DNA from: Torpedo marmorata
Lineage: Eukaryota
Direction of reading: 5' to 3'
Length of the DNA stretch: 64,000 bases
NCBI GenBank assembly: GCA_977017645.1
Contig: OZ360238.1
Coordinates: forward strand, 45,260,001 to 45,324,000
The notes under the pieces are model-generated. The model had not been told where the DNA came from, searched no databases, and saw only the letters and a program-made list of their open reading frames with translations. The translations under genes were made by a program, and so were the position numbers. Below are positions 49,635 through 61,660 of this stretch, piece by piece (position 1 is the first letter of the stretch; each line of letters begins with the position of its first letter).

Positions 49635-51770
49635 CCGCACTTCGGCAAGTCTGATCACCTGGCTGTACTTCTACTCCCAGCATATAAGCAGAGACTGAAG
49701 ACCACAGCACCAGTGGTGAGGACGGCGAAAGTATGGTCGAGGGGGGGCGGAGGAGCGTCTGCAGGACTGCTTTGAATCGGTGGACTGGAACATATTCAAG
49801 CACTCAGCCATAGACCTAAATGATTATGCAACAGGTGTCACCGACTTGATCAAAACCTGCGTGGATGAGTGTGTGCCCACGCACAAATACTGGGTGTTCC
49901 CCAACCAGAAGCCCTGGATGAATCAGAGAATTTGCAACCTGCTGAGGACGAGAACAAGGGCGTTTAAGGCCGGGGACCGGGATCTTTACAAGAAGTCCAG
50001 GCACGACCTGCGGAAGGCCATCTCTGAGGCAAAGTGGCAATTCCGGAGGAAGCTAGAGACAGAGACAGATACACGCCAGCTATGGCAGGGAGTGCAGGCC
50101 ATTACAGCCTACAAAGCGAGGGCGAACACTATAGATGGCTGTGATGCTTCACTACCCGATGAGCTGAACACCTTCTATGCCCGCTTTGAGAAGAAGAACA
50201 AGACAGTACCTACTAGAATCCCTGAAAAGGCTGAGGACCCTGTGATATCTGTCTCTGAGGGCGACGTCAGAACATCATTCAAGAGAGTGAACCCTCGCAA
50301 GGCGTTAGGCCCTGACGGCGTACCTGGCAGGGTACTGAAAATCTGCGCCAACCAACTAGCCAGAGTGTTCACAGACATTTTCAACCTCTCATTGCGGCAG
50401 TCAGAGGTTCCCACCTGCTTCAAAAGGGCATCAATCATCCCGGTACCCAAGAAGAGTAGTGTGGGCTACCTCAACGACTACCGCCCAGTAGCACTAACTT
50501 CTACTGTGATGAAATGCTTTGAGAGGCTGGTCATGGCCAGAATTAAAACATACCTAAGCAAAGATCTAGACCCACTGCAATTCGCCTATCGTCAAAATCG
50601 CTGGCTCTCCACTCAGCTCTGGATCACCTCGAAAACAGCAATTCATACATACGGCTGCTCTTCATCGACTACAGCTCAGCCTTCAATACCATTATTCCCT
50701 CAGTGCTGGTCAAGAAGCTACAAACTCTAGGCCTCTGTACCCCCCTCTGCAACTGGATCCTTGACTTTCTCATCGGAAGACCACAGTCAGTACGAATTGG
50801 AAACAACGTCTCCTCCTCACTGATTATCAACACAGGCGCACCCCAAGGATGCATGCTTAGTCCACTGCTCTACTCGTTACACACCCATGACTGTGTGGCC
50901 AGGCACAATTCCAATGCCATCTACATGTTTGCCGATGATACCACAGTTGTCGGCAGAATCACAAACGGCAATGAGGAAGCGTACAGGAGGGAGATAGATC
51001 AGCTCGTTGAATGGTGTAATGACAACAACCTTGAGCTCAATGTCAGCAAAACCAAGGAAATGATTGTGGACTTCAGGAAGAAGTCAGGGGAACACGACCC
51101 AGTCCTCATCGAGGGCTCAGTAGTGGAGAGGGTCAAGAACTTCAAATTCCTGGATGTCAACATCTCCGAGGATCTGTCCTGGAGCCTCCACGTTGATGCA
51201 ATCATAAAGAGGGCTCGCCAGCGGCTATACTTTGTGAGGTGTCTGAGGAGATTCGGAATGTCATCGAAGACTCTCGTAAACTTCTGCAGGTGTACCGTGG
51301 AGAGCATACTGGCTGGTTGCATCACTGCCTGGTATGGAGGCGCCAACTCCCAGGACAAGAGTAAACTCCAGAGGGTTGTTAACTCGGCCTGTGTCATCAC
51401 AGGCACCAAACTTCACTCCATCGAGGACATCTACATGAGGCGGTGTCTTAAAAAGCAGCCTCTATCCTCAAAGACCCCCACCACCCAGGCCATGCCCTCT
51501 TCACTCTGCTTCATCGGGAAAAAGGTACAGGAGCCTAAAGATGAGCACTCAACGGCACAAGGTCAGCTTCTTCCCCGCTGCCATCAGATTCCTGAATAAT
51601 CAATGAACCAAAGACACTGCCTTACTTTTCATGCACTATTGTTTATAATTTTTTATAGTAATGTCGTAAGATGGTTAATATGAATGTTAATTGCACTATG
51701 ATGCTGCCGCAAAACACCGAATTTCATGACTTGTTCATGACAATAAATTCTGATTCTGATTCTGATTCTG
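49635..51770 (+). mobile_element. Rex1/Babar LINE, 5'-truncated (end of APE + RT)
   Basis: PHFGKSDH, NQKPW, GPDGVPG, NDYRPVALT, DPLQFAY, GAPQG, FADD, RQRLYF; tail AATAAA(TTCTGA)n. Confidence 0.93.
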
Positions 51771-51958
51771 TTTTCACTTTCCAAACATCTGAGAGTTGGA
51801 GATTGGTGTTGGCATTGGGGGCTGAGAGGATTGAAGCGGGGGGGTGGGGGGGGGGTGTGGGAAGAGGGGGATTGGGAAGAGTAGGATCGAATGACTAAGG
51901 GTAATGGAATGGAGGAACTGTGGAGAAAGAGGCAGTGTGTCAATGAGCAAAGAGGAGG

Positions 51959-52063
51959 TAAAAACACAATGCTGGAGAAACTCAACAGGTTAAACAGTGT
52001 ACTTTATATAGCAAAGATAAAGATACATAACCAACGTTTCGGGCTTGAGCCCTTCATCAAGAA
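51959..52063 (-). mobile_element. Free ~105-bp PLE pseudo-LTR/hammerhead module with an 11-bp TSD
   Basis: Minus-strand CTTGATGAAGGGCTCAAGCCCGAAACGTTGGTTATGTATC..CCTGTTGAGTTTCTCCAGCA; CAAAGAGGAGG at 51948-51958 and 52064-52074. Confidence 0.85.
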
Positions 52064-52314
52064 CAAAGAGGAGGATTGAGTTACAAGACAGCTTTGAGTT
52101 AATCGGCATCTTTGAAACATTATGACGTAGAAATATGTTGTTTTTCACTCAGAATTTTACAACACCAATCGCAATGTGGAGATGCATTCACCACGCCAAC
52201 TGCAAAGCACACTGGCAGCTGTGGATGATGAATGAAGTGACATGACCATTTACATCTTACACCTATTTTATTGACCTTTTGTACTAAGAGCAAGCATCAA
52301 ACTATAAATACACC

Positions 52315-52480
52315 ACTGATGAGCTGCAGCATTAAGAGACATTTGGACAGGTATGTGAATAGGAAAGACTTGGAGGGATATGAGGCAAATAGAACTAGCA
52401 CAAGTAGGCACCTTGGTTGGCATGTCTGGGTTGGGTGAAGGGCTCGTTTCTATGCTGTAGAGCGTCATGTCTCTAATGTG
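52315..52480 (+). mobile_element. Decayed CR1 3' tail
   Basis: TTAAGAGACATTTGGACAGGTATGTGAATAGG..GAAGGGCTCGTTTCTATGCTGTA. Confidence 0.6.
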
Positions 52481-53175
52481 GTGCATCTTTGGGTCATGTT
52501 CCCCAAGCCCATCACTCCCTATTTATTGTTTGAAATGGTTCTCTCCTCTCATGGTTCACTATAATGGGTAGATCACTTACATTTTAGTGGCATGGAGAAT
52601 TGAACTATTTAATACAAACCCATGCATTGAATTGAAGTAACTAGCAGAATCCTAAATGAAGGGACTGTTTGGAGATGACTTTTCCCTATGAGAGGTTTTA
52701 ACATGAGCCAGAACGTTGGTGCCGATAATGGGAATGGTGGCTTGACAGTACGTGGAAAAATCAGTCTCGCACAGAGCCCAAGGATGAGAAAAGTCTGTTT
52801 TATTGTCTGAGTGTTGTGGAAATAGGATTAAAAACATTAAATGGGTCACTGATTCATCCTTACTCACTTGATGACTGATACATCCTGTGCAGTTAAGACT
52901 GCAGCATTCAAGGGGGTTTTATATAATACTAGCTGTTTGTGGCTGTGTGGGACCCAAGAGTCCGCAGTAGGAGGGAATAACGCTGGGGCATTTTATTTTC
53001 AAAGGAATCCGATGGAGATCTCGAAGGTGTAATGGAATTTCAAAGCTGCAGAGGATCTGTATGAAATTTTGCAGTGGCTTAAAAGGGAGCCAAAACTGTG
53101 ACTGAACAGCAGTAATGAACTGGGTATTGAAGAGAGTACAGCAGATCTACTCTGCACTGTTGTCCTTCAGAATAA

Positions 53176-53379
53176 GGGTAAAGGAAAAGGTTCCATTATT
53201 GTCACGTAATACTACATTTAGAAGGTAACATACATGAAATTCTTTAACTTTGTCTACCGTAAGGAAGACAGAGTCGCTACTTTGTCCAGCACCCCTCACA
53301 GAAATGAGGCCCCAGCGAGGAACGAACTCGCAACCCCTGATTTACAAGACCAGTGCTCTAACCACTGAGCTATGAAGCG
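53176..53379 (-). mobile_element. tRNA-Thr(UGU)-headed SINE sharing its body with the 5S-headed SINE at 19213-19457
   Basis: Minus strand 53379-53307 reads CGCTTCATAGCTCAGTGGTTAGAGCACTGGTCTTGTAAATCAGGGGTTGCGAGTTCGTTCCTCGCTGGGGCCT (anticodon TGT at 53344-53346). It continues CA-TTTCTGTGAGGGGTGCTGGACAAAGT..ACAATAATGGAACCTTT. Confidence 0.85.
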
Positions 53380-54331
53380 AGAATGACCTCCTCCTTCCTG
53401 GTGCTTTGTATTACTCTGTCAATTGTCCCAGAATTTGTGGCAAAATTGAGGATCTTTCACTTGTGATGTGCCACTCATTGATACCTTCAAGTACTTAGCG
53501 ATCAGAATGTTTGTCCTTGCCAGAGATCACTGTCTGGTGAGGCTGCTGAGTAGACATCTGCTCTCTCCCTCAAAATACTGTATGATGCTCTTGTTCTTTG
53601 TGAACTCTGGGCCTTATTTATTTTTTAAGTAGTGTAGTGTAATTGGGCAAGGATGCTGTGTCAATCACGGTAGATTAAATCCATATTTATTCCCATGATA
53701 GATCATGTGTTAGGACTTTTGCACATGTTTTCCCTTGTGCTGTTCCAACAGCTATAATTTCTTCTCAAACTCAATGAAACCTATTAAATTCAACAGAAGT
53801 TTCCAGTCTCAGCCAGGTCTGAAATCCTATTGATATTCAATGGATTGTGTGTCTTCCCGACCGTGTCAATCCCAACACTATTGAGCTATTTTGAGAGAAC
53901 TAAACCTGCAATTTACAAATGTCAGTGAGCTATGGGCCTCCTTTATAAAGATATGATTGAAGCTCTTTGACATAATGACTTGAACGTAGTTTATATTTTT
54001 TGGAGAAGAAAAATGATTCATTAAACATCCCAATAAGCAGAAGCTTTAACTTGAGGCTTAACTGCAGTTCTCATTTTCAATAAAATCATGCATCTATTAG
54101 GGATCAAGCTCAACCGCTATTAAAAGCCCTTATTGCTATGTCATCTATAAATTGTCCAACCAGTTCATTTGTTAATGTATTGACCATTTCCAGCTCTGAG
54201 GTTCCATCGTCAACATAGAGTTTGTGTTGAGTTAGCCAACCTCAGATCAACAGAAGGATGAGCACATCAGGCAGGAATGTTGTTAAACAAGAGAATCTGC
54301 ATATGCCTGGGTCCAGTGCAGTACACAGACC

Positions 54332-54415
54332 TGCTGGAGAAACCCAGCAGGCCACGCAGCATCCAGAGGAAGTAAAAGGCCATCAGCATTTTGGGCCTGG
54401 GACCTTTGGCGAGAA
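54332..54415 (-). mobile_element. Decayed PLE pseudo-LTR module
   Basis: TGCTGGAGAAACCCAGCAGGCCACGCAGCATCCA..TTTTGGGCCTGGGACCTT. Confidence 0.55.
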
Positions 54416-54507
54416 TCTGGAAGAACAGGTGAAAGTCGTGACAAGGTATCAGAAAGCACCATTTCTTTGCCTGGTTTGTATTTTAAGTCGAAGTCATAGC
54501 GTTGTAG

Positions 54508-57500
54508 TCATACAAGTAATCTCTGCAGCCTAGCTGGTACCTTGTTTAGGTTTTTCCTATGGATGTGTTCCAGTGGACGATGATCACTTTCTACTATAAA
54601 CTTTCTTCCATACAGAAACTTGTGAAACTTTTCACATCCGTATACGACCGCCAACAGCTCTCTCTCGTTATTGGCGTATCTGGTCTCCGCTGTTGTTAGT
54701 GCTTTTGAGGCAAAAGCTATTGGTTTTCTTTCTTGCACCAATGTTGCACCAAGGCCTCTGTTAGATGCGTCTACTTGCAGAGTGAGGGCTTTTTCTCTAT
54801 CACAGTATCTCAACTCTACTTCTCTGCATATTATTTATTTGAGCTGGTCAAAGCTTCTCTGGTGTGATGGTGACCACTGAAATTCTACGTCTTCCTTCAG
54901 CAACTCTCTGATGTTTGCTGTGTGGTCTGACATATGTGGTATAAAGGAACTCATGTATTGGACCAATCCAAGGAAACTTCTGAGTTCCTTTTTGTCCTTT
55001 GGGTGCTCCATCTCGGCAATGGCTTTAACCTTCTCTGGGTTTGGCTTTACCCCATCAGGAGTGTACACCATTCCGAAAAATTGGCATTCCTTCTCTTTAT
55101 TAATGCATTTGTCTGCATTAAGTTTAATTCCATCTCCTCTTGTTCTCTCCATGGCCTCATGTAGATGAAGATCATGAGCTTTTCCGTCTCTGCCAAAGAC
55201 CTGGATGTTGTCCGCGATGCCAACAGCTCCTTTAAACCTTCTGTAGGTCTCATCGATCTTCTGTTGGAACACGTCCTGGCTTACCTTTAGGCCGAAAGGT
55301 AATCGCAGGAACTTGTAACGACCAAATGGAGTATTGAACGTTGTTAGTATTGTTGATTCGTCATCTATTTTCACATTCCAGTATCCATTCTTAGCATCTA
55401 ACTTGCTAAAGATTTTGGATCCTGCTAGTTCCGCTGTGATGTCTTCTAGTGACGGTGTTGGGTAGTGACCCCTTTTTATTGCTTAATTTAAGTCTTTCGG
55501 GTCTAGACATATTCTCAAGCGGCCATTTGGTTTTTCTTTGACCACTATGGAATTTACCCAGTCAGTCGGCTCAGTCACTTTTGTTATGACTTGCATCCTT
55601 TCCATGTCCTTTAGTTCTTGCTCCAATTTCATCTTAAGCTCTAGTGTTACCTTCCTTGGAGCATGGACTACTGGTTGGCAGTTTGGATCTATGACGATGT
55701 GATATTCAAAGTCTCCAAAGCATCCAACTGAATCATCAAAGCACTATGGGTAAGTGCTCATGTGCTCAGATTTGTTTGTGACAGGAGGTCGGTTCTCCAA
55801 TGGAGTATCTCTGTTGATCCTTTTGTATATCTTCTTCGTCTGGATCTCATAATTGACAGAGATCAACTGCAACTCCCGGCAGCTATCCAGACCTAGAATT
55901 GCTGGTCCTTCTGCATCTACCACATAGAGGATGTTCTTTCCCTTATGACAGCCATTGATCTTAGTTCTTCCTAGCTGCTTGATCATGGGTCCACCATAGG
56001 CTGTTAATGTGACATTTGTTGTTTCCAATGCACCGTCTTTTGGGTACCCTTTTATTATGTTCTCTGGGAACATCTGGCGGTATAGTCTGAGTGGAAGGAC
56101 GTTGCTTTGTGATCCAGTATCCAGCTTCAACTTTAGGTTAAATATCGTAGGCTTGTTCTGGATTGTCCTCTGTATTTGGATCCTTGTGTGCAACTTGCTT
56201 CCTTCTTTCTTCTCACCCAACATCTCGTGAAGGTGTATGGATTCTACGTCCAGCATCTGGGTGTCAGAGTCCTCATTGTTGTTTCCCTTTATGTGGTGGA
56301 TCCTCTTCTTGTCTACTTTCTCCACAGGCGCCCAGCTCTCCCGTCCATCCTGCTCACCAACGTCTGTTCCCTGGAGAATAAAATGGACCACATCCAATTC
56401 GCAGCATGTGTACAGGGACTGTTGTGTTTTGGTCTTTGTTGAAACGTGGCTCAGCGACAGGGTCCCGGACACGGACATTCAGCTGGATGGACTCGCTTTA
56501 TTTCGGGCTGACAGAGATGCTGCTCTCTGTGGGAAAAGTCCATGGTGGTAGCTTGTGTGTTTACATCAACACAGAATGGTGTAAGGACTCTGTACTAGTC
56601 TCCAGTCACTGCTCAACACTGGTGGAATTTGTGACTGTCAGATGTAGACCATTTTACCTACCGCGGGCATTTACCACGATCCTCACAGTTGGAGTGTACA
56701 TCCCCCCCAGCGCTAATGCCAAGGAGGCGATCTGGGAACTGTGTGGGGCTATAGGCGAACTGCAGACTGCACACCCTGATGGACTGTTTATTATCGCTGG
56801 GGACTTCAACCAGGCGAACCTCAAGTCAGGGCTACCTAAATTCCATCAGTATGTGGACTTTGCTACGAGAGGGGCGAACGCGTTAGACCTTGTGTTTACG
56901 AACATTTCCAACGTGTATCGGGCGGAGCCCCGCCCCCACCTTGGATACTCAGACCATATCTCTGTAATGCTAACTCCAGCATACAGACCGCTCGCCAGAC
57001 ACTCCAGACCAGTTTTGAAGCAGGTTAAAACCTGGCCAGCAGGTGCCATCCATGCACTTCAGGACTGCTTTGAGCGTACTGATTGGCACACGTTCAGAGA
57101 AGCAGCAACCGATGGCGACTGCATCAATCTGGAGGAGTATACGGCATCAGTGACTAGCTGCATTAGTAAGTGTACTGACGAAGTCACTGTGCCCAAGACC
57201 ATCATTACTCGCTCTAATCAGAAGCCATGGATGACTGCGGAGGTGCGTGTGCTGCTGAGGAGCTGAAACTCCGCCTTCAGTGCGGGCGACAAGGTAACCC
57301 TAGCTATTGCGAGAGCCAAGCTGTCTAATGCCATCAGGGAGGCAAAGCGTGCACATGCCCAGCAAATTCAGAGTCACTTTCAGGACAGCAAGGACACACG
57401 ACGCATGTGGAAGGGCATTCAAGATATCACTAACTACAAGACTACACCATCTGACTGTGCTGGTGATGCCTCCCTCCCAGATGCACTGAACAACTTCTAC

Positions 57501-60146
57501 GCGCGTTTTGAGGCGAAAAATGATGTAGCGGCAAAGAAGACAACCCCTCCTCCAAATGATCAGGTGCTGTGTTTCACAGTGGCCGACGTGAGGAGAGTGT
57601 TAAGCAAGGTTAACCCACGGAAAGCTGCTGGTCCAGATAACATTCCCGGCAGAGTGCTCAGGGGATGTGCGGCCCAGCTGGCTGATGTTCTCACCGACAT
57701 CTTTAACATCTCCCTGAGCAGTGCCGTGGTTCCAACGTGCTTCAAAGCCGCTTCCATCATCCCCGTGCCGAAGAAGTCGACGGTGTCCTGCCTCAATGAC
57801 TACCACCCTGTCGCACTCACATCTACTGTCATGATGTGCTTTGAGAGGCTCGTCATGGGGCACATCAAGCTTCTGTTGCCACCCTCACTGGACCCCCTGC
57901 AGTTCGCATATAGATCAAACCGCTCTATGGATGATGCCATCATTACCACCCTCCACCAAGCCCTCACCCACCTGGAAAATAAGGACACGTATGTTCGAAT
58001 GCTGTTTATTGACTTCAGCTCAGCATTCAACACGATCATACCTCAGTACCTGATAGGGAAGTTGAGCGGGCTGGGCCTAAACAACATCCTCTGTAATTGG
58101 ATTCTAGACTTCCTGACGGGAAGACCTCAGGCAGTCCGGATTGGAAACAGCACTTCTAAGGTCATTACATTGAGCACGGGGGCACCCCAGGTCTGTGTGC
58201 TTAGTCCATTGCTGTTCACCCTGCTGACTCATGACTGTGCAGCAAAACAAAGCTCGAATCACATCATAAAGTTTGCTGATGATACAACCGTGGTGGGCCT
58301 TATCAGCAAGAATGAGGAGTCAGCATACAGAGATGAGGTGCAGTCTCTAATGGAATGGTGCGGTAACAACAACCTGCAGCTGAATGTAAACAAAACGAAA
58401 GAGTTGGTTGTCGACTTCAGAAGGGCCCGGGAGGATCATTCTCCATTGACCATGGACGGCTCTACCGTTGAGGTCGTAAAGAGTACCAAGTTTCTAGGAG
58501 TGCACTTGGCGGAGAGTCTCACCTGGTCCCTCAACACCAGTTCCATAGTCAAGAAAGCCCAACAGCGTCTTTACTTTCTGCGAAGGCTGAGGAAAGTTTA
58601 TCTTCCACCCTCTATCCTTACTACATTCTACAGGAGATGTATTGAGAGTATTCTGAGCAATTGCATCACCGCTTGGATTGGAAACTGTACCATCTCGGAC
58701 TGAAAGACCCTGCAGAGGATAGTGGGGTCAGCGGAGAAAATTATTGGTGTCTCTCTTCCCACCATGATGGACATCTACAACACACGATGCATGAGGAAGG
58801 CTAATGACATTGTGAAGGACTTCTCACACCCGTTTGGTAAACTTTTTTCCCTTTTACCATCTGGAAGGAGGTACCGAAGCATTCGGGCTCGTACGTCCAG
58901 ATTGTGCAACAGTTTTTTCCCCCAAGCCATCAGGCTCCTCAATTCCTAGATATATATGTGTATTAGCATGTTATAGTTTTTTTGTTATTGCATTATGATA
59001 TTTATGTACATCTGCCCATGGTCCTGGAGAAATGCTATCTCGTCTTACTGTGTATATGGTAATGAACGACAAATAAAGGTGACTTGACTTGGTATTACTG
59101 TTTTCTTCATACCAGACTTGCACATCTTCGCCCAGTGGTTTGCTTTACCACAGGCTCTACATTCAGAACCGTATGCAGGGCATTTATTTCGGTTATCGAA
59201 GGAGTGTTGTCTGCCGCACCTCCTGCAAGTCTTGGTGCTTTGCACTTTTCTGATTGTGTTCTTTATAGCATCAACCCTTCCTTCTCTTTGCTGTGGGTGG
59301 GTCTGCATAAATAGGGATTTCATTTGCGTCCTCGTGGCTTCGAAGGCTCTGGCTGTGTCTATAGCATCTGCCAGCTTCAAGCTCTCCTTCCCTATAAGAG
59401 ACTTTTGCACTTCGGGATGGGCACTCCCCCATATTAGTTGATCAACTAATCTTTCCTCAATATCCTTAAATCTGCATTTTGCAGCAACAATTTTTAGTCT
59501 AGTGAGGAAGTTATCAACAGTTTCATCAGTCTCTTGCATTAAGCCTTGAAATTCATAGCGTTTAATTCTATGATTAGACTTGGGTTCAAGGTGAGAAGTA
59601 AACTTTTCAAATATCTGCTTAGGATCATTTTTCTCTACCTCTGTAAGCTCCCAGCTATTAAATAAGTCAAGGCCTCGCTCTCCCCTCCAGAGAAGTATAT
59701 AACTGACCTTCTCCTCAGCTGTTGCATTTTTAAAATAGCTTTTGAATGCTAAATTGCACTTCTGCTGAAACTTTTTAAATGATTCAACAATGTCTTCTGC
59801 CTCCCAGTCCATCACTGGGTGTGCTGGTGTTGCTGCAGCCATTTTTTTTTCTTTTGTATTTCAGCGACTTACAATCACTTGAATGGCTTTATTCTTGTTC
59901 TCTTATACCGCTGCCACCATGTTATGCCTTTGTGTTGCTTGGGGGGGCTTCTTAAATAACTAGGGGATACGAGGTTTCTTTAACACAATGCTGTTTACTC
60001 ACTGTTGGCTGACTTTCATTTTAGGAAAGAACTGTTTACACATACATATACATACGCCACACAGTGGTGCACTACGGTTACTACAGTAAGAAGGGTGTAT
60101 TCTTACTCGGTTACAAAATAGTCCACATTATCCTGACTATATAACA
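54508..60146 (-). mobile_element. Mag-like Ty3/Gypsy LTR retrotransposon (5' LTR, gag, protease, RT, RNase H; integrase and 3' LTR missing), interrupted by Rex1
   Basis: LTR TGTTAT...ATAACA at 59920-60146. PBS TGGTGGCAGCGGT (59907-59919, tRNA-Leu-like). Gag from 59842 has CxxC..H..C and CxxCxxxxHxxxxC. Also LKLDTGSQSN (protease), TFNTPFGRY..RLPFG (RT), LQVDAS..ERELLAVV (RNase H). Confidence 0.85.
56321..59091 (+). mobile_element. Near full-length Rex1/Babar LINE (APE + RT) inserted between gag and protease
   Basis: [36 protein letters not shown]; ORF 57405-58703 RT ([16 protein letters not shown]); tail AATAAAGGT(GACTT)n. Confidence 0.93.
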
Positions 60147-60310
60147 AAGTCCAACCCCAGAATTTGCCAAGGATTATTTATGTTACAATACCGGTACAGC
60201 AGATTACTGGATAGGACCAGGTGTGTGGTAGCATTGAAATAAATTGATGTAGAAAAATAGTTGGATGGAGGCATCATAGAGTGGGAGCTTCCCAGGACTT
60301 TCCTTGATGA

Positions 60311-60720
60311 AAGTTCAACTTTATGATCATCTGAGTACATATACAACCTGATGAAAGAGCGTTTATCTGGAACACTGTACATGCACTAATCACATGCTGT
60401 GTGTGTATGGATATAATGTATAAATATGTGGAATTATTCACTTGCTTACATGATCCTGTTCATCAATCTCACAGCCTGTGGGCAGAAGCTATTTCCCAGC
60501 CTGGCAGTACTGAATTTGATACTCCTGTACCTCCTCCTTGATGGTATCTGGTCAAAGGTACTGTGTGCTGGATGGAAAGTATCCTGTAAAATTCTTTGGG
60601 GCCTATTTAAGCAAAGCTTCAGGTGAATGTCATGAACCGAGGAAAGGGAGACCCCAGTGGTCCTCTCGGCCATTTTGATGATCCTCTGTAATGACTTCCG
60701 GTCCGATATTTTGCAGCTAC
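60311..60720 (-). mobile_element. Rex1 3' fragment with tail
   Basis: LQRIIKMAERTTG..HPAH..RRYRSI..NSFCPQAVRLMN. Confidence 0.8.
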
Positions 60721-61660
60721 CATATAGAACCATAGAACATTACAGGACAGAAAGAGGCCCTTCTCCCCTTCAGGTCTGTGCCGAACTATGTTTCTGCCTT
60801 GTCCCACTGACCTGCACCCAGTCCACAGATCTCCATACCCTCCTGTCCATGTACTGTCCAAGTTCTTCTTAAATGTTAAAATTGAGCCCGCATTCACAAC
60901 TTCAGCTGGCAGTTCCTTCCACACTCCCACGACTCTCTGTGTGAAGACGTTCCCCCTAAAGTTTTCCCTTTTCACCCTTAACCCATGTCCTCTGGTTTGT
61001 ACTTCACCTAGCCTCAGTGGAAAAAGCCTACCTACATTTACTCTGTCTATACCTCTCATAATTTTAAATACCTCTATCAAATCTTCCCTCATTCTTCTAT
61101 GCTCCAGGGAAAAAAAGTCCTAACATGTTTAACCTTTCCCTGTAACTCAGTTCCTGAAGTCTAGGCAACATCCTAGTAAATCTTCTCTGCACTCTTTCAA
61201 TCTTATTGATATGCTTCCTGTAGTTAGGTGACCAAACCTGCACACAATACTCCAAATATGGCATCACCAATGTCTTATACAACTTTACCATAACATCCCA
61301 ACTCCTATACTTGTTAATTTGATTTATGAAGGCCAATATGCCAAAAGCTCTCGCTCTCTTTACAACCTTGTTACACCACCTTCTGGTAATTATGTATCTA
61401 TATTCCCAGATCCCTCTTTTCTACCACACTCCTCAGTGCCCTACCATTACCCGTTTATGTCCTTTCTTGGTTTGTCCTTCCAAAATGCAACACCTCACAC
61501 TTGTCTGCATTAAATTCCATCTAACATTTTTCACCCCATTTTTCCAGTTGATCCAGATCCTTCTGCAAGCTTTGAAAATGTTCCTCGCTGTCCACAACGC
61601 CTCTTATCTTTGTGCCATATGCAAACTTGCTGATCCAATTTTCCATTATCATCCAGATCA
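60721..61660 (-). mobile_element. CR1 3' fragment
   Basis: YLEYCVQVWSP..RVQRRFTRM; EDLIEVFKIM..FTQRVVGVWKELP; tail (TTCTATGG)n. Confidence 0.88.

Noticed and set aside
53307-53379. Functional tRNA-Thr(UGU) gene
   Set aside because: The acceptor stem has substitutions and the tRNA is fused directly to the SINE body shared with 19213-19337; treated as a SINE head, though tRNAscan-SE might still score it.
55744-56478. 244-aa protease ORF with an unusual N-terminus
   Set aside because: The N-terminus is antisense Rex1 sequence; only 55744 to about 56320 is Gypsy protease.
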